Source: an uncultured Actinomycetes bacterium
GTDB taxonomy: Bacteria; Actinomycetota; UBA4738; JBBDTT01
Assembly (NCBI GenBank): GCA_963742735.1
Contig: CAVUMN010000002.1
Coordinates: forward strand, 32,001-96,000
Direction: 5' to 3'
DNA: 64,000 nucleotides
The translations under genes and the position numbers were made by a program. The notes under the pieces were generated by a model. That model searched no databases, was not told the origin of the DNA, and was given only the letters and a program-made list of their open reading frames with translations. Shown one piece after another: positions 9,997-23,106 of this stretch. How positions within the stretch are numbered: the stretch's first letter is position 1; each line of letters begins with the position of its first letter.

Positions 9997-11068
9997 CCTG
10001 GGCAGGGCCAAGCGGGTGGTGGTCAAGGTCGGCACGTCGAGCCTGGTCACCCCGAAGGGCGGCGTCTCCCGCGCGCGACTGGCGCGCATCGTCGAGCAGG
10101 TCGCGAAGGTGGCCCCCGGCCGCTCGGTGGTGCTCGTCTCCTCGGGCGCGATCGCGGCGGGGCTCGGGCCGCTCGGCGCGAAGCGGCGACCAACCGATAT
10201 CCCCGGGCTTCAGGCCGCCGCGGCCGTCGGGCAGGGACGACTCATGGCCGCCTACTCCGAGGAGCTCGGACGCCGGCGCCTGGTCGCCGCCCAGGTGCTG
10301 CTGACCCAGGACGACTTCATCCACCGCCGGCAGTTCGTGAACGCGAAGAACACCTTCGACCGGCTGCTCGCGGCGAGGGCGATCCCCGTGGTCAACGAGA
10401 ACGACACCGTCGCCACCGAGGAGATCCGGTTCGGCGACAACGACCGGCTGGCCGCGCTCGTCGCGGTGATGACCGGCGCCGACCTGCTGGTGCTCCTCTC
10501 CGACGTGGAAGGGATCTACGACACCGACCCTCGCAAGGGCCGGGCGAAGCTCCTCAGCGAGGTCCGCGAGCCCTCCACCGTCCGCGCGACCGGTCCCCAC
10601 CGCGGCTCGGGGGGCATGGCCTCGAAGCTCGAGGCGGCGACCATCGCCACCTCGGCGGGGATCGGCGTGGTCGTGGCCAAAGCCGACCGGCCCCGCGTGC
10701 TCGAGTCGGTCCTGGCCGGCGAGGCGATCGGCACGCACCTCCCGCCCGCGCCCAAGCGCCACCGCGCGCGCAAGGCGTGGATCGCGTTCGTGCGCGACGT
10801 GCGCGGGAAGGTGCAGGTCGACGCGGGCGCCGAACGGGCCCTCAAGCGGGACGGGCGGAGCCTGCTGGCGGCGGGCGTGCGCGGCGTGGAGGGTTCCTTC
10901 GTCGCCGGCGACGCGGTGGAGATCGTTGGGCCGGAGGGCCGGGCCTTCGCGCGCGGCATCGTGAACTACGCGGCGAGCGAGCTGGGGGAGATCGCTTCGC
11001 TTCCGGGCGGCCCGTACGATAGGGAGGTCGTCCACCGCGACGAGCTTGTGGTGATGCAGATTGACTGA
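9986..11068 (+). CDS. proB: Glutamate 5-kinase
   Basis: VVVKVGTSSL, VSSGAIAAG, NENDTVA..EIRFGDNDRLAA, GGMASKL, PUA domain. Confidence 0.97.
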   Translation: MARDLGRAKRVVVKVGTSSLVTPKGGVSRARLARIVEQVAKVAPGRSVVLVSSGAIAAGLGPLGAKRRPTDIPGLQAAAAVGQGRLMAAYSEELGRRRLVAAQVLLTQDDFIHRRQFVNAKNTFDRLLAARAIPVVNENDTVATEEIRFGDNDRLAALVAVMTGADLLVLLSDVEGIYDTDPRKGRAKLLSEVREPSTVRATGPHRGSGGMASKLEAATIATSAGIGVVVAKADRPRVLESVLAGEAIGTHLPPAPKRHRARKAWIAFVRDVRGKVQVDAGAERALKRDGRSLLAAGVRGVEGSFVAGDAVEIVGPEGRAFARGIVNYAASELGEIASLPGGPYDREVVHRDELVVMQID

Positions 11069-11086
11069 GAAGCAGGAGCGCGAATC

Positions 11087-12328
11087 GTGACGCTTCAGCA
11101 GCAGCTCGGCGACGCACGACGTGCCGCCCGGCTGCTCGCGCCCTTGGACCGCCAGGCAAAGGATGGAGCGCTCGCCTCGGTGGCCGAAGCGTTAGAGGCC
11201 CACGCCGAGGAGATCGTCCAGCAGAACGCCATCGATGTGACCGCCGCGAAAGAGGACGGGGCATCCGCGGCGGTTCTGGACAGGCTGACGCTTTCCGTCG
11301 AACGCCTTAGGGCTATCGCGGAAGGGCTGCGGACCATCGTGGAGCTGGACGACCCCGTCGGCGACGTCCTCGACGAGCGCACGCTTGCGAATGGCCTCCT
11401 CCTCCAGAAGCTTCGGGTCCCGCTGGGCGTGGTCGGGGTCATCTACGAGGGGCGTCCGAACGTGACCGTCGACGCCGCCGGGCTGGCGATCAAGGCCGGC
11501 AACGCCGTGCTGCTGCGCGGCTCGAGCATCGCCCAGCGTTCGAATGTGGCCCTGGTGACGGTCATGGCCGAGGCGCTCGAGTCGGCGGGGCTTCCCCCGC
11601 ACACCGCCCAGTTCGTGGAGCCCACCCGGGAGAACGCCCGGGAGATGATGCACGCCCGCGGGGGCATCGACCTGCTGATCCCGCGGGGCGGGAACGACCT
11701 GATCCAGACCGTCGTCCGCGAGTCGGTGGTGCCGGTGATCGAGACCGGCGTCGGTAACTGCCACGTCTACGTGGACCGCGCGGCGGACCTGCAGCAGGCC
11801 CTCGACATCCTGGTCAACGCGAAGGTCCAGCGGCCCGGTGTGTGCAACGCGGCCGAGTCGTTCCTGGTCCACCGCGACGTGGCTGACGCGTTCGTGCCGA
11901 AGGCCCTCGCCGCCCTCGCCGAGAACGGCGTGGAGGTTCGCGGCGACGACGCGGTCCGCGCGTACTCCGACGACGTGGTCGCGGCCACGGACGAGGACTT
12001 CCATACCGAGTTCCTGGACCTGATCATGTCCGGAAAGGTCGTGGGCTCCCTCGACGAGGCCATCGACCACATCAACGCGTACGGCACCCAGCACACCGAG
12101 GCCATCGTCACCGAGGACACCGAGGCGAGCCGGCGGTTCGTCGACGAGATCGACGCCGCCGCGGTGATGGTCAACGCCAGCACCCGCTTCACCGACGGCG
12201 GCGAGTTCGGGATGGGAGCCGAGATCGGGATCTCCACCCAGAAGCTCCACGCCCGCGGCCCGATGGCGCTGCCCGAGCTCACCACCTACAAGTTCGTCGT
12301 CCGTGGGACGGGCCAGGTCCGCGGGTGA
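11087..12328 (+). CDS. proA: Gamma-glutamyl phosphate reductase
   Basis: IYEGRPNVT, LIPRGG, GVGNCHVYV, VCNAAE, NASTRFTDGGEFG.GAEIGISTQKLHARGPM. Confidence 0.97.
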   Translation: MTLQQQLGDARRAARLLAPLDRQAKDGALASVAEALEAHAEEIVQQNAIDVTAAKEDGASAAVLDRLTLSVERLRAIAEGLRTIVELDDPVGDVLDERTLANGLLLQKLRVPLGVVGVIYEGRPNVTVDAAGLAIKAGNAVLLRGSSIAQRSNVALVTVMAEALESAGLPPHTAQFVEPTRENAREMMHARGGIDLLIPRGGNDLIQTVVRESVVPVIETGVGNCHVYVDRAADLQQALDILVNAKVQRPGVCNAAESFLVHRDVADAFVPKALAALAENGVEVRGDDAVRAYSDDVVAATDEDFHTEFLDLIMSGKVVGSLDEAIDHINAYGTQHTEAIVTEDTEASRRFVDEIDAAAVMVNASTRFTDGGEFGMGAEIGISTQKLHARGPMALPELTTYKFVVRGTGQVRG

Positions 12329-12761
12329 GCCTCAAGGACGAGCTCATCCGCGACGAGGACGCGCGGTTCGAGGAGTTCCATCGCCTCCTGCACCAGCTCG
12401 ACCGCGAGCAGCTGGAGCGCGTCGGCTACAACGAGCGGTGGTCGGTGAAGGACGCCCTGGCCCATCTGGGCTGCTGGTTCGCCGAGGCGACGGTGGCCCT
12501 TGAGCAGATCCGCATGGGGACCCACGAGCGCACGAAGGTCGACGTGGAGGCGAACAACGAGCGTTACTACGAGACGTGGAAGGACGTTGACGTGGACGCG
12601 GTGCGGGCGGAGTTCTTCAGCGCGCACACCCGGATGCTCGAGGAGTGGTGGCGCCTGGAGGAGCCCAACCGCCTGGCCCAGGAGTGGTTCAAGGAGAGCG
12701 GCCCCCACCATTTCGACGAGCACCTGCCGCGGATGCGAGAGTGGGTCCAGGAGGTGAGCGC

Positions 12762-12765
<4 letters not shown>
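12325..12765 (+). CDS. DinB/maleylpyruvate isomerase N-terminal superfamily protein
   Basis: WSVKDALAHL and C-terminal H..EH metal motif; overlaps proA stop. Confidence 0.8.
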
Positions 12766-13628
<863 letters not shown>

Positions 13629-13638
13629 CCGCTCGCCC

Positions 13639-14820
13639 CTAGCCCTTCCGGGCGGGCGCCTGCTCCTGGGCGTCGGACGGCAGGTCGGTCTCGGGGGCCG
13701 GGAGCTCCTGGCCGATCTTGGGGACCGCCAGACGGCCCTTGAACCGGCCGAGGATCTTCGAGGGGTGCAGGCCGGCGATCGAGCGGTCGCTCGACCACGG
13801 GGCCATCGGGGCCATGGTCAGCCCGGCCAGGGCCACGAGCACGGTGTCGTAGTTCACGCGCCAGCCGGCGAAGTCCCGCCACGCCTGGTCGCGGTCCGCC
13901 TTGATCGGGACGCCGTGGTGCGCCAGGTGGTCGACGACCTCGTCGAATTCCTCGCGGGAGATCGAGATGGGGTCCGTGGGCGACGGGTCGGGGTCGTAGG
14001 GGATGCGGAAGAACGACGACACCCGGCGCAGGGCGATGTAGCCGGCCCGGATGCACAGCTCGGCGCGGGGCTCGCGCTTCATGTCGACGGTGGAGGCTCG
14101 AAGCGCCGCGGCGTCGAGCACCGCGCCGGCCGCCGTCACCCAGGAGTGCTGGGGAACGGGTGAGCGGAAGAACACCACGGCCGGGAGGCTGGTGTGCGTC
14201 TCGGCGAGCGTCACGAACCAGTGCTCCCAGTACTCCCAGATCTCGTGGAGCTCATCCAGGCCCCGGATCAGGAAGTAGCGCTCGATCATCTCCCGGCCCG
14301 ACGGCGGCGAGCCGGCCCGGACCTCCAGCAGGGCCACCCCCTCCTCGCGGCGGGAGAACACCGCATACATGCTCGGGAGGTAGGTGATGATCAGGGCCAG
14401 GAACAGCAGACCCAACGCGGCCTCGCTGAACGCCAGGAGGGTGGTCGAGACTCCCGCCGGCCGGTCGAAGCCCAGGGTGAGCAGCGAGGACCCCGAGATG
14501 TGCATCGACTCGAAGACCGATCGCTCCTCGAGCAGGGACCAGAAGATCGCCCCGTAGCCGACGAACGTCGTCCCGAGCCAGGTGAGACCGAGCACGATCA
14601 GGCTGACCGGCGAGTACATCGCCATCACCCGGTCCCGGACCACGTACGGCCGGCTGGGGCGGGCCCGCAACCGGAAGAGCGCCCGCATCGCCAGGAACAC
14701 GACCCGGGTCAGCCGGGCGGGGATGGCGCGGGGAAGGACGACGGTGCGGATCGCGGACGCGAAGGTCGCGGAGACGATGAACGCCCCGGCGACCCCCGCG
14801 GCGATGCGCAGGACGAGCAT
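13639..14820 (-). CDS. Membrane protein with potassium-channel-like pore segment
   Basis: N-terminal TM helices, SGSSLLTLGFD filter-like loop, LIITYLP..Y..FSRRE; leaderless TAGGCT-6nt-ATG. Confidence 0.75.
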   Translation of the reverse strand: MLVLRIAAGVAGAFIVSATFASAIRTVVLPRAIPARLTRVVFLAMRALFRLRARPSRPYVVRDRVMAMYSPVSLIVLGLTWLGTTFVGYGAIFWSLLEERSVFESMHISGSSLLTLGFDRPAGVSTTLLAFSEAALGLLFLALIITYLPSMYAVFSRREEGVALLEVRAGSPPSGREMIERYFLIRGLDELHEIWEYWEHWFVTLAETHTSLPAVVFFRSPVPQHSWVTAAGAVLDAAALRASTVDMKREPRAELCIRAGYIALRRVSSFFRIPYDPDPSPTDPISISREEFDEVVDHLAHHGVPIKADRDQAWRDFAGWRVNYDTVLVALAGLTMAPMAPWSSDRSIAGLHPSKILGRFKGRLAVPKIGQELPAPETDLPSDAQEQAPARKG

Positions 14821-14829
14821 GCGGGGAGC

Positions 14830-15816
14830 CTAGCCCGAGGGAAGCTCGACCGGGGTGACCCGGACCGTGGTGACGCGGCCGTCGCGCACCAGCCGCACGT
14901 CGAGCTCGCGGCCGATGGCGTCGCCGGCCATGAGGCGCTGGAGGTCGCCGACCCCTTCCACGGGCGCGCCGTCCACGTCCAGGATCAGGTCCTCGCCGCG
15001 GATGCCCGCGCGCTCGGCGGGGCTGCCCTCCACGACCTGGATGACCTCGACGCCGCGCTCGCGGCCAACCTCGGCGGCGGCCTTGGGCGGGATCGGCCGC
15101 GGCCCGCCGGCGATGCCCAGGTAGGCGCGGCGGAACCGCCCCTCGGTCATGAGGGCGGCGATGATCGTTCGCGTGGTCGAGTTCACCGGCACGGCGAGGC
15201 CGAGGCCGACCCCGGCCACCGCAGTGTTCACGCCGACCACTCTGCCCAGCCCGTCGGACAGCGCGCCGCCGGAGTTCCCCGGGTTCAACGCGGCGTCGGT
15301 CTGGATGACGTTCTCGACCAGGCGGCTGTTCGTGCCGGCCCGGGTGGGGAGGGAGCGCCCGAGAGCGCTCACCACGCCGGCAGTCACCGAGCCGGAGAAG
15401 CCAAGCGGGTTGCCGATGGCCACGACGAGCTGGCCGACGCGCAGGCCGTCGGCGTCGCCGAGCGTCGCCGGCTCCAGGTCGCCGCCGGTGGTTCGGATCA
15501 CGGCGAGGTCGGACAGCGGGTCGGTGCCCACGGTGGAGAACTCGAGCTCGCGGCCGTCGGTGAACGTGGCCGAGCCGCCGTCGGCGGTGGACACGACGTG
15601 GGCGGAGGTCAGCAGGTAGCCGTCGGGGGTGACGGCCACGGCCGAGCCGGATCCCTCGGCCCGGCGCCCGCCGGGGACCCGGCGCATCACCCGCAGGCTG
15701 GCGACGCAGGGGATCAGCCGCGCGGACACCGTGGTGACCACGGTCGAGTAGGCGTCGAGGGCGTCGGCCTCCTGTTTCGACCCGTCCAGGATCGCGTCGA
15801 TGTAGCGGATCGCCAT
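14830..15816 (-). CDS. Trypsin-like serine protease with PDZ domain (HtrA/DegP family, no signal peptide)
   Basis: TSAHVV, DLAVI, IQTDAALNPGNSGGAL, PDZ (GSPAERAGI). Confidence 0.92.
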   Translation of the reverse strand: MAIRYIDAILDGSKQEADALDAYSTVVTTVSARLIPCVASLRVMRRVPGGRRAEGSGSAVAVTPDGYLLTSAHVVSTADGGSATFTDGRELEFSTVGTDPLSDLAVIRTTGGDLEPATLGDADGLRVGQLVVAIGNPLGFSGSVTAGVVSALGRSLPTRAGTNSRLVENVIQTDAALNPGNSGGALSDGLGRVVGVNTAVAGVGLGLAVPVNSTTRTIIAALMTEGRFRRAYLGIAGGPRPIPPKAAAEVGRERGVEVIQVVEGSPAERAGIRGEDLILDVDGAPVEGVGDLQRLMAGDAIGRELDVRLVRDGRVTTVRVTPVELPSG

Positions 15817-15861
15817 GCCGCGACGCTAGCACCGCGCCGGGAAATGGCAGACTCTCGGGCG

Positions 15862-17185
15862 ATGCTGAACCAGCTGGAGCTGTTCTTCGGGCGGCTGCGC
15901 GACGCGGGGGTGCCGGTCTCGGTGCACGAGTCACTGGACGCCGTCCGGGCCTCGGGCGTGGTCGACCTCACCGAGCGGGAGACGTTCCGCTCGGCGCTCG
16001 CCGCCTCGATCGTGAAGGACGACGCGCACCGGTCCTCGTTCGACGCGGTGTTCGACGTGACGTTCGCCCGGAAGACCGCCGGCGGCGAGGCGCCGGAGGA
16101 GTCGGCGGAGGCGCTACGAGAGGCCCTGGAGGACGCCGTCCGCCGCGGCGACCTCGAGACCGTCCGGGCCCTGGCCCGGCGCGCCGCCCAGGCCTTCGCC
16201 GGGGTCGGCCAGCAGCAGTCCGGGCCGGGGTATTTCACCCACCGGGCCATGCGGGCCCTGGGCGTGGACGAGCTGTGGGCGAAGCTCCTCGACGCGATGC
16301 GGGAGCGTGAGGCCGGGCTCGAGGCGGCGCTCACCGAGGCCGGGATCGCCGCGGCCCGCGAGGCGTTCGAGGACGCGGTCCGCGGCGAGGTCCTCCGCCT
16401 GCTGGTCGAGGACCGCGGCGCCGAGACGGTGAATCGTTGGACGTCGCGGCCCCTGCCCGAGGACCTGGAGTTCGTCTCCGCGACCCGCGACGAGCTCGAC
16501 GCGCTGACCAAGGCGATCCGCCCGCTCGCCCGCCGACTGGCCACCCGGCTCGCGAAGCGAAAGCGCCGCGGCCACCACGGGCGGCTCGACGTCCGCAGGA
16601 CCGTCCGCAACTCGCTGTCCACCGGCGGCGTGCCGTTCAACCCCATTCACCGCCGCAAGCATCCCCACCGGCCGGAGCTGTTCCTGCTGTGCGACGTGAG
16701 CGGCTCGGTGGCGAGCTTCAGCCGGTTCACCCTGCAGTTCGTGCACGCCCTGCAGAACCACTTCCGCGCGGTGCGCTCGTTCGCGTTCGTCGACACGCTG
16801 GACGAGGTGACCGAGGACTTCCGTGGCGGCGAGCTCGCCCCAGCCTGGCCACGATGATCGGCCGGGCCAGGGTGGTCTACGGCGACGGCCACAGCGACTA
16901 CGGGACGTCGCTGCGCAAGTTCGAGGAGATCGCGGGGGAGTCCCTCAACCACCGCTCGGTGGTGATCGTCCTGGGCGACGCGCGCAACAACTACCGGGAG
17001 CCGCGCTCGGACGTCCTGGAGCGGGTGGCCGAGAAGGCCCACCGCGTGTTCTGGCTGAACCCCGAGCCCGCGCGGTGGTGGGATACGGGCGACTCGGTCA
17101 CGAGGGCCTATGCCCCCACGTTGACGGCATCTACGAGTGCCGCAACCTGCGCCAGCTCGAGGCGTTCATCGAGCGCATCGCCTGA
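15862..17185 (+). CDS. VWA-domain CoxE-like protein, two apparent frameshifts (C runs near 16838 and 17113)
   Basis: LRDAGVPVS, GRLDVRRTVR, LCDVSGSV MIDAS, GHSDYG, LGDARNNY, WLNPEP..WDTGDS, ECRNLRQL spread over successive frames. Confidence 0.85.
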
Positions 17186-17254
17186 GGCCGGCCGGCAAGG
17201 ATTTCGTCCCGATCTACCCGGGCCCCATCAGGCTCGGACCTAGAATCGTCCGGC

Positions 17255-17857
17255 ATGGGGAAACGAATCGGGATCATGGGTGGCACGTTCGATCCCGTCC
17301 ACATCGGACACCTCGTTACCGCGGAGGAGGCCGCCGACCAGTTCCGGCTGGACCAGGTCATCTTCGTGCCCACGGGTGAGCCGTGGATGAAGCGGCATCG
17401 TGAGACCGGGGTCACCGCCGGCGAGCACCGCTACCTGATGACGGTGATCGCCACCTCCGCCAACCCCCGGTTCACCGTCAGCCGCAAGGAGATCGACCGG
17501 GGCGGGCCGACGTACACGATCGACACGCTGACCGGGTTCCGCGAGGACCTCCCCAACGTCGAGCTGTTCTTCATCACCGGCGCCGACGCGATGCTCGAGA
17601 TCTTCCACTGGAAGGATCCCGAGGGCGCTCTGGACCTCGCCCACTTCATCGCCGCGACGCGGCCCGGCTACGACCTGGCCCGTTTCGAGCGGGAGACCCC
17701 GACCGAGCACCCGAAGGTCACCGTCATGGACATCCCGGCACTGGCCATCTCGTCCTCGGACATCCGAGAGCGGGTAATGGCGGGCCGGCCCATCCGGTAT
17801 CTGGTCCCGGCGGGCGTGCAGGAGTACATCCAGAAGGAAGGGCTGTACCGCTCGTGA
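17255..17857 (+). CDS. nadD: Nicotinate-nucleotide adenylyltransferase
   Basis: GGTFDPVHIGH, TYTIDT, FITGAD, ISSSDIRER. Confidence 0.97.
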   Translation: MGKRIGIMGGTFDPVHIGHLVTAEEAADQFRLDQVIFVPTGEPWMKRHRETGVTAGEHRYLMTVIATSANPRFTVSRKEIDRGGPTYTIDTLTGFREDLPNVELFFITGADAMLEIFHWKDPEGALDLAHFIAATRPGYDLARFERETPTEHPKVTVMDIPALAISSSDIRERVMAGRPIRYLVPAGVQEYIQKEGLYRS

Positions 17858-18965
17858 GGGACCTGCGGACCGAGCGCGTCCGGCCGGTGCGGGCCACGAG
17901 GTCGGCGTCGCGCCGCCGCCGCCGGACCTGGCTGATGGTGATCGGCCTCCCGGTGGTCCTGACGCTGATCGCGACGGCGATCTGGTGGCTGGCCGACGGC
18001 GGTCCGTTCGGGGGCGGCTCGGAGCCGGACCCAGACGTCGCGGACCAGACCCTCACCGTGATGGCGTACCGAGGGGAGCAGACGGGCATCGCGGTCCTCG
18101 CCACCTCGCGCTCCGGCGCGCGCGACCCCGTCGCCTTGGTCGTGCCGACCAACATCATCGCCAGCGTGCCGGGGCACGGGACGGGGCCGCTGTCCGAGGC
18201 CCTCGCCGGCGGGGCGAGCGTCGCCCAGACCACGATCGCCAACCTGCTCGGCCTGCCCCTGCACCAGCGGGGGATGCTGACCCCGGAGGGGCTGGAGGAA
18301 TTCGGCGACGCCGTCCAGGGCATCACGGTCGACATCGGGGCTCGCGCGACGGTCCTCGGCGAGTCCGTCGGGCCCGGGCGAGATCCGGATGCGCGGCGAG
18401 CAGGTGGCCGCGTACCTGGACGGGGCGACCGACCCGATCGAGGTGACGCTGCGGTTCGAGGAGGTCATGACCGGGCTCCTGGACGCCGCCCGCCGCGACC
18501 CGTCCGCACTGCAGGGGGCCGCCGATGACCCCTCGCCGGGCTTCGGGGTCTCCGTCGCGGCGGTGCCGGCCGACACGCTCGTCGAGGAGCTCCCGATCAA
18601 GGACGCCGGCAGCGGCGTGGCGAGCATGGACGCGGCGAAGGCGGAGACAGCTCATCGACCAGCTGTTCGCGCGCCCGACCGATCAGGTGGCGAGCGTCGT
18701 GCTGCTCAACGGCAACGGGGTGCCGGGCATCGGCGCGGACCTGGCGTCGCGCATCGTCCCCGCGGGGTTCCGGGTGGTGGTCTCGACGAACGCGCGGACC
18801 TTCGACTTCGAGCGGACCCTGATCGTGGTCAGGGACGAGCGATTCATGAGCGTGGGAAGGGAGTTGCGATCGCTGATCGGCGTGGGACAGGTGTCGGTGG
18901 GGCAAGGTTTCACCGGATTGGCGGACATCACGGTGCTGATCGGAATGGACTTCGGGGGCGGATGA
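17854..18965 (+). CDS. LCP-like membrane protein with LytR C-terminal domain, two apparent frameshifts (~18378, ~18644)
   Basis: N-terminal TM; C-terminal VVLLNGNGVPGIG...NA.TFD...DITVLIG.DF; typical position between nadD and rsfS. Confidence 0.75.
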
Positions 18966-19331
18966 CGGAGACGCGCGAGCTGGCCGTCGCCGCGGCCCGG
19001 GCGGCGGCCTCGAAGAAGGCCGGGAACGTGGTGATCATGGACATGCGCGAGCTGCTGGTGATCACGGACTACTTCGTGATCGCCGGCGCGTCGAACGAGC
19101 GGCAGGTCAAGACGATCGCCGAGGAGATCCAGTCCGCGGCCAAGGCCCTGGGGGTCAAGCCGGTCCGCCGCGAGGGTGAGCGCGACGCGCCGGTGGATCC
19201 TGCTGGACTTCGTGGACTTCGTGGCGCACGTGTTCCTGGACGAGGAGCGCGAGTTCTACGACCTGGAACGGCTGTGGGCCGACGCGCCGCGGGAGCCGTG
19301 GGAGGCCGAGGAGGCCGCAACCGGAGCGTAG
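18962..19331 (+). CDS. rsfS: Ribosome silencing factor RsfS (Iojap), apparent one-base insertion near 19190
   Basis: KKA..V...D......ITDYFVIA...NERQV in one frame; [28 protein letters not shown] in the next. Confidence 0.9.
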
Positions 19332-19333
19332 CC

Positions 19334-20260
19334 ATGGGCGATCAGGGATTCGACGTCAGCCCCCCCGAGGAGCCGCGCGAGCGCGAGCGGGTCACGCCCG
19401 AATGGGCCTCGTTGTTCTCGGACCACGAGGAGCCCCCGGGTCTCGGGGAGCCGGCTCGCGACGTCCGCAGCGACTCCGACCAGGAGCGCCTGCAGCGGTA
19501 CTGGGGCGCGGCCACCCGTCCCACGGCGGTGGAATCCGTCCCCGCGCGGGGCGGCGAGGCCTACCCACCTCCCGCCGCTCCCAGGCCGCCGAGCCGCTCG
19601 GAGCCGGCGCGGCGGCGCGAGCGGGAACAGGAGCGCGAGCGCGTCGCGCGGCGGTCCTCCCGGGAGATCCCCGACGCCCAGCTGGGGATCCCGGCGCGGC
19701 CTCCCGTGCGCGGCGCGGCAATCGCCGGGATCGTGATCGGGGGGTTCCTGGTCGTCGGGGTGGTGCTCTACGTGCTGGCTCGGACGCTGATGGGCTCGGA
19801 CCTGGGCGGCGAGGGCGCGTTCCCCCGCGACGACGTCAGCGCCGGGGCGACGAACGTGGTCACGGGCGTGATCGGCGACCCGGTACGCGTCGGCACCATC
19901 GCGGTGAAGGTCCACGAGGTGCGCACCGTGCCCGGGAGCGCCGAGGAGGCCCCCGCCGCCGGCATGAAGTGGGTCGCGGTCAGGATCGAGGTCGTGAACG
20001 AGGGGAGCGCCGAGGCCAGCATCAGCATGCTCGCGATGTTCGACCTGGTGGTCGCGGATGGCGCGAGCCACGCGCCGACGATCATCGCCAGCGTGCCGAA
20101 GTACGCGGACGGGGACCTCGCCGTGGGGCTTCGCCTGACCGGCGAGGTCGTGTTCGAGATCCCCGAGGACGCCGAGCCGCAGCAGTTCCTGGTGCTCGCT
20201 CCCGACCGGACCGCCGAGGCCACCATCGCCCTGGATCCGGCCGAGGCCGCCACTCCCTGA
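19334..20260 (+). CDS. Membrane-anchored DUF4352-like protein
   Basis: Disordered N-terminus, single TM, C-terminal Ig-like domain (KWVAV.IEV.N.G...GEVVFEIP). Confidence 0.7.
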   Translation: MGDQGFDVSPPEEPRERERVTPEWASLFSDHEEPPGLGEPARDVRSDSDQERLQRYWGAATRPTAVESVPARGGEAYPPPAAPRPPSRSEPARRREREQERERVARRSSREIPDAQLGIPARPPVRGAAIAGIVIGGFLVVGVVLYVLARTLMGSDLGGEGAFPRDDVSAGATNVVTGVIGDPVRVGTIAVKVHEVRTVPGSAEEAPAAGMKWVAVRIEVVNEGSAEASISMLAMFDLVVADGASHAPTIIASVPKYADGDLAVGLRLTGEVVFEIPEDAEPQQFLVLAPDRTAEATIALDPAEAATP

Positions 20261-20282
20261 CTGCTAAACTCGGTCGAGTCCC

Positions 20283-21948
<1,666 letters not shown>

Positions 21949-21952
<4 letters not shown>

Positions 21953-22329
21953 GGCTTGGCCTTCCTGTTCGGCTTGGCTTCGGAGCGCCCGTCCCGCAGC
22001 TCCTTGAGCCGTGTTTTCAGTTCCTTGATCTCTGCAGGCGACAGGTCGTACTTGGCGCGCAGGTAGATGCCGAACTCGGGCAGGTTCTTGCCTTCGGGCA
22101 TGACGTAGCCGGCCAGACCGTAGAGTTCCTCGAGTTCTAGATCGAGTGCTCGGGCCAGCTTCACCAGCTTCGCCGGATCCGGCTTGGCGTAGACCCCACG
22201 CTCGAAGTAGTAGATGGTCGACTGCTCGATGCCAGTGAGCTTCTGCAGCTGCACAAGGCTCAGGCCCTTGGCCTGGCGTGCCTGAAGTAGTAGCTGTCCC
22301 AGCTCGGGGTTCTTGCTCGGTCGCGGCAT
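21949..22329 (-). CDS. XRE-family HTH transcriptional regulator
   Basis: LGQLL..ARQAKGLSL.QL...TGI.QSTI..FERG...P...L.KLARAL; overlaps integrase start. Confidence 0.9.
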
Positions 22330-22350
22330 ACGGTGTCCCTTTCTGGACCC

Positions 22351-22396
22351 ATCCTGCCAGAAGCGTTGTGCAAAGTCAATAGGCGTACGCCTGTTG
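22351..22396 (-). promoter_or_regulatory. Promoter of XRE-integrase operon with overlapping palindrome
   Basis: TTGACT-17 bp-CAGGAT on the minus strand; near-perfect palindrome CAATAGGCGTACGCCTGTTG (22377-22396) overlapping -35. Confidence 0.55.
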
Positions 22397-22821
22397 GCCC
22401 ACCTGGACCAAGGAAGGCCCGCCCCGGCCTCAGGGGCGCGTTAGACCGAACAACAACCGTCCTACGCGCTAGTGAGTCGTTCGCACTACGAGCCTGGAAA
22501 TCGCGCTGACCTGCGGAGATCCGTTCGTTGTCAACAACGCGATAGGAATGGCGAGGCGAACAAAGCGAGCAAGCGTCGGAGCTCCTCCAAGCCCTTCGCA
22601 GGCGACCGAATCCACCACCACTTTGCATAGAGATTCGTTGGCGAATTGAGCCGGAATCGGCAATCTACCTGCATGATCAGGCGGGGCCACTCGCCGCGAC
22701 CGGACTTGCGAGCGGACCTTGCGTTATGACCGAGATGTGCTAGGGGGCCCTCGGGGACCTGAGCAGACCAAGCCGTTTATCCACATCTGGGGATAAACCG
22801 ACCGCCGTGGTATTCTCCGGT

Positions 22822-23106
22822 ATGGCGCACTCTAAGCCTCCCGATGATCCTCCGGAGTTTGAGGATCGACCACCGGACCAGAACGAAGGCGTCTTTGAAT
22901 CAGCACCGCCTTCGCCCGAACCGGATCTGGAAGGTGGGCAGTCCCTCAAGGAGCCCCAGTTCGATCCTGATATCGCTGATCTACTCAAGTCCCGCTTTGC
23001 CCGAAAATCTGTGGAGCCCGACGGAACGGTGGTCGTAACCATCGCGGGGTTCCACAAGCTGCGCTTTCGGAGCCGCGAGCCTGGAGCATCATCGTCCACT
23101 GGGTGA
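22822..23106 (+). CDS. Small acidic/Pro-rich hypothetical protein
   Basis: ~94-aa ORF inside the island; no motif; could be non-coding. Confidence 0.35.
   Translation: MAHSKPPDDPPEFEDRPPDQNEGVFESAPPSPEPDLEGGQSLKEPQFDPDIADLLKSRFARKSVEPDGTVVVTIAGFHKLRFRSREPGASSSTG

Noticed and set aside
14194-15861. Apparent long N-terminal extension of the 887-aa VWA ORF
   Set aside because: Overlaps two real minus-strand genes; the CoxE-like homology begins at ATG 15862
18389-20260. 623-aa ORF looking like an LCP-RsfS-DUF4352 fusion
   Set aside because: Artefact of frameshifts joining pieces of three separate genes
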